A stretch of 55,609 bases of DNA from Gemmatimonadales bacterium (GTDB taxonomy: Bacteria > Gemmatimonadota > Gemmatimonadetes > Gemmatimonadales > GWC2-71-9): NCBI GenBank assembly GCA_031402135.1, contig JANNSC010000095.1, forward strand, positions 1 through 55,609. Reading direction: 5' to 3'. A model generated the notes under the pieces. That model made no database searches. It was not told where the DNA came from and saw only the letters and a list, made by a program, of their open reading frames with translations. The position numbers and the translations under genes were made by a program. This document shows positions 53,350 through 55,609 of the stretch, piece by piece (position 1 is the first letter of the stretch; every line of letters starts with the position of its first letter).

Positions 53350-54542
53350 GCGGGGTGGATCGCCGCCGCAATGGCGAGTGCATCCTTGACGGCGGCCGGG
53401 TTATGTACCCGGAACAATCGAGCGCCCTCACCCCACGCCACGACGCAGGCGGCGGCAGTGGCGCTGTCCCGGTCCGGGGTGGCCTGACCGGTGAGGTCCC
53501 CGAGGAATCGCTTCCGGGACGGGCCGACCATAATGGGAACACCAAGGACCCGGAGCGCACCAAGGCCGCGAAGCAGCTCGATGCTGTCGTCCGGGGCCTT
53601 TCCGAAACCCAGTCCGGGATCGGCCACCAGGTACCCGATCGGAATGCCCGCGGCTCGGGCCCGCCCGATGGCGGGCCCGAGTTCGTCGATCACGGAGGCA
53701 AGCACGCCCTCGGGATAGACTGCGTGCTCCGCTGAAGCGAGGTCCCCCGCTCCACCACGGGAATGCATCAGCACGACGCCGGCTTTCCGATCGGTACACA
53801 GCGCCGCCATCTCAGGATCGAGGCGGAAGGCCGACACATCATTGACAATCGCGGCGCCGGCGTCGAGGGCGGCGCGGGCCACGCCGGCCTTGGTGGTGTC
53901 CACCGATATCACAGGGTCCACAGATTGCACAGATTTCACAGATGAAGTCAATTGCCTTGCGAGGGCGGCAATGACCGGGATCACCCTGGAAAGCTCTTCC
54001 GCTTCGGACACCGGATCCGCTCCCGGTCGGGTCGATTCTCCACCCACATCGAGCACCGTTGCTCCGGCGGCAAGGAGCGCCTCGGCATGGCGGAGGGCGG
54101 CGGTCTGCGTGTTATGTTTTCCGCCGTCGCTGAAGGAGTCGGGGGTCACATTGAGGATGCCGACGATGACCGGCCGATCGAGGGAAATCGGGCCGGCGGC
54201 GGTTTGCCAGAAGGGCGGAGTGTCCGCGGGAAGGGCATGACCCAGCGCGGTGGCGAGTTCCACCAGTGCCTCGGGGCTGGTCCAGGGCCGGGCCAGGGAG
54301 GAGAGGCGGGCCAGGGGGCCTGCCAGCACCGCCCAGTCGCTCCCGGTGACGATGTCGAGGCCGAGCTTGGCCCCGATCCGGACCAGCGCCTCCAGGGTGG
54401 CTGGTTCCACCCGGGTCAGGTGGAAGGCGAGGGACTCGACGCCATCGGCGGTGCTGCGCGCGAGATCGCCCCCCCATCCGTGAGACAGGAGGGCGATTCG
54501 GACCGCGTCTTCGGAGCGGCCGGCGAGCGGAACGAGCCTCAC
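53346..54542 (-). CDS. folP: dihydropteroate synthase FolP with ~120-aa N-terminal extension
   Basis: VIVGILNVTPDSFSDGG, LDVGGESTRPG, VDTTKAGVA, NDVSA. GTG start in a GTGA overlap with the ftsH stop. Confidence 0.9.
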   Translation of the reverse strand: MRLVPLAGRSEDAVRIALLSHGWGGDLARSTADGVESLAFHLTRVEPATLEALVRIGAKLGLDIVTGSDWAVLAGPLARLSSLARPWTSPEALVELATALGHALPADTPPFWQTAAGPISLDRPVIVGILNVTPDSFSDGGKHNTQTAALRHAEALLAAGATVLDVGGESTRPGADPVSEAEELSRVIPVIAALARQLTSSVKSVQSVDPVISVDTTKAGVARAALDAGAAIVNDVSAFRLDPEMAALCTDRKAGVVLMHSRGGAGDLASAEHAVYPEGVLASVIDELGPAIGRARAAGIPIGYLVADPGLGFGKAPDDSIELLRGLGALRVLGVPIMVGPSRKRFLGDLTGQATPDRDSATAAACVVAWGEGARLFRVHNPAAVKDALAIAAAIHPA

Positions 54543-55609
54543 GCGCCCGCGGGTTCGGCGGGGGGCGCCCCGAGAATTGGGGGACGTGCCGCAGCGGGGG
54601 TGGCGGCGGAGCGGCTGGGCGACGAATACGACGGCAGCGGAGCCTGCGGCGGGGCCCGGGGCGGCAGCGGCTCGCCCCGATCAAGGAACGCCATCTCTTC
54701 CCGATCGAGTGTCTCCCGCTCCAGCAGCGCCAGCGAGAACCGGTCGAGCAACTCGAGGTTCTGGCTGAGAATGGAGCGGGCCCGGGCGTAGGCTTCGTCG
54801 ACGATTCGCTTGACCTCGGCGTCGACCATCTGGGAGAGCGACTCGGAGATGTCGCGCCGGTGGCCGATTTCCCGGCCCAGGAATACCTCCTGCTCCCTGT
54901 CTCCCACGGCAATGACGCCGATCCGGTCACTCATGCCGAATTGCGTCACCATCCGACGGGCAATGCTGGTCGCCTGTTCGATGTCGTTGGTTGCGCCGGT
55001 GGTGACCTTTTCGGGCCCGAACACCAACTCCTCGGCGACCCGGCCCCCGAAGGCGCAGGCCAAGCGCCCTTCCAGCCAGACCTTGGTGTAGTTGTGGCGG
55101 TCCTCTTCGGGGAGCCAGGTGGTGAGACCCAGCGCCCTGCCCCGGGGAATGATGGTGACCTTGTGGAGCGGATCGGTGCCGGGGAGCTTGAGCGAAACCA
55201 CGGCGTGTCCCGCCTCATGATAGGCGGTCAGCTTTCGCTCGTCTTCGGTGAGGGTCAGGCTGCGGCGTTCCACACCGAGCATCACTTTGTCCTTGGCATC
55301 CTCGAAATCCGACATTTCGACCAGGTTCTTGCTGCGCCGCGCCGCGAGCACAGCCGCCTCGTTGACCAGATTGGCGAGGTCTGCGCCGTTGAGCCCCGGG
55401 GTACCCTTGGCGAGGGTGTCGAGCCGTACATCGGCGGCGAGCGGAATCTTGCGGGTGTGGACGCGGAGAATGCCTTCCCTGCCCCGTACGTCGGGCGTAT
55501 CCACCACGATCTGGCGGTCGAAGCGACCGGGCCGCAGCAGCGCCGGATCGAGCACATCGGGCCGGTTGGTGGCCGCAATGAGGATCACGCCATCATTGGA
55601 TTCAAATCC
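54539..55609 (-). CDS. ftsH: ATP-dependent zinc metalloprotease FtsH, C-terminal part (5' end lies right of the window)
   Basis: In frame to the window edge: [34 protein letters not shown] (second region of homology) and HEAGHAV (HExxH protease site). Confidence 0.93.
   Translation of the reverse strand, partial: GFESNDGVILIAATNRPDVLDPALLRPGRFDRQIVVDTPDVRGREGILRVHTRKIPLAADVRLDTLAKGTPGLNGADLANLVNEAAVLAARRSKNLVEMSDFEDAKDKVMLGVERRSLTLTEDERKLTAYHEAGHAVVSLKLPGTDPLHKVTIIPRGRALGLTTWLPEEDRHNYTKVWLEGRLACAFGGRVAEELVFGPEKVTTGATNDIEQATSIARRMVTQFGMSDRIGVIAVGDREQEVFLGREIGHRRDISESLSQMVDAEVKRIVDEAYARARSILSQNLELLDRFSLALLERETLDREEMAFLDRGEPLPPRAPPQAPLPSYSSPSRSAATPAAARPPILGAPPAEPAGA

Noticed and set aside
1-55609. 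CRISPR arrays, transposases, integrases, toxin-antitoxin or restriction/defence genes, rRNA genes
   Set aside because: I noticed no regularly spaced direct repeats. No ORF translation shows DDE/tyrosine-recombinase, Cas, nuclease-methylase or TA motifs. Every sizeable ORF is accounted for by housekeeping, division or signalling functions.

Overview
High-GC bacterial chromosomal window. The phylum cannot be fixed from sequence alone; the gene content fits a Gemmatimonadota-like or other environmental diderm. It is almost entirely core genome, and every convincing gene from 8.7 kb to the right edge lies on the minus strand.

Contents in coordinate order:
- asnS fragment (N-terminal part of the protein), an orphan small ORF, a DUF1295 membrane protein, recG, ftsY, and a vWA-like membrane protein.
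- A plus-strand pair of ATP-grasp ligases behind a sigma54-like promoter.
- A complete dcw cluster: rsmH-ftsL-ftsI-murE-murF-mraY-murD-ftsW-murG-murC-ftsQ-ftsA-ftsZ plus a coupled M23 peptidase. There is no mraZ, ddl or murB, and murD carries a 1-nt frameshift.
- tRNA-Asp and tRNA-Val bracketing one secreted TPR-like gene.
- A roughly 14 kb gap-free operon that joins chemosensory genes (cheW-cheY-cheA-cheC ... cheR-cheD) to an MglA/MglB polarity-GTPase module. It also carries extra Roadblock/LC7 proteins, two PATAN(DUF4388)-TPR paralogs, a giant TPR protein and a tandem DnaA-domain-III-like AAA+ protein.
- rluD-lspA-dksA-like-ileS-divIVA-yggS, then a PHP-domain fusion protein, a DUF2723 membrane protein, folP and an ftsH fragment (C-terminal part of the protein).

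The most interesting candidate is the Che + MglAB + PATAN/TPR + double-DnaA-like ATPase operon. No CRISPR arrays, transposases, integrases or obvious defence genes were seen. All calls rest on reading translated motifs by eye; no database search was possible.
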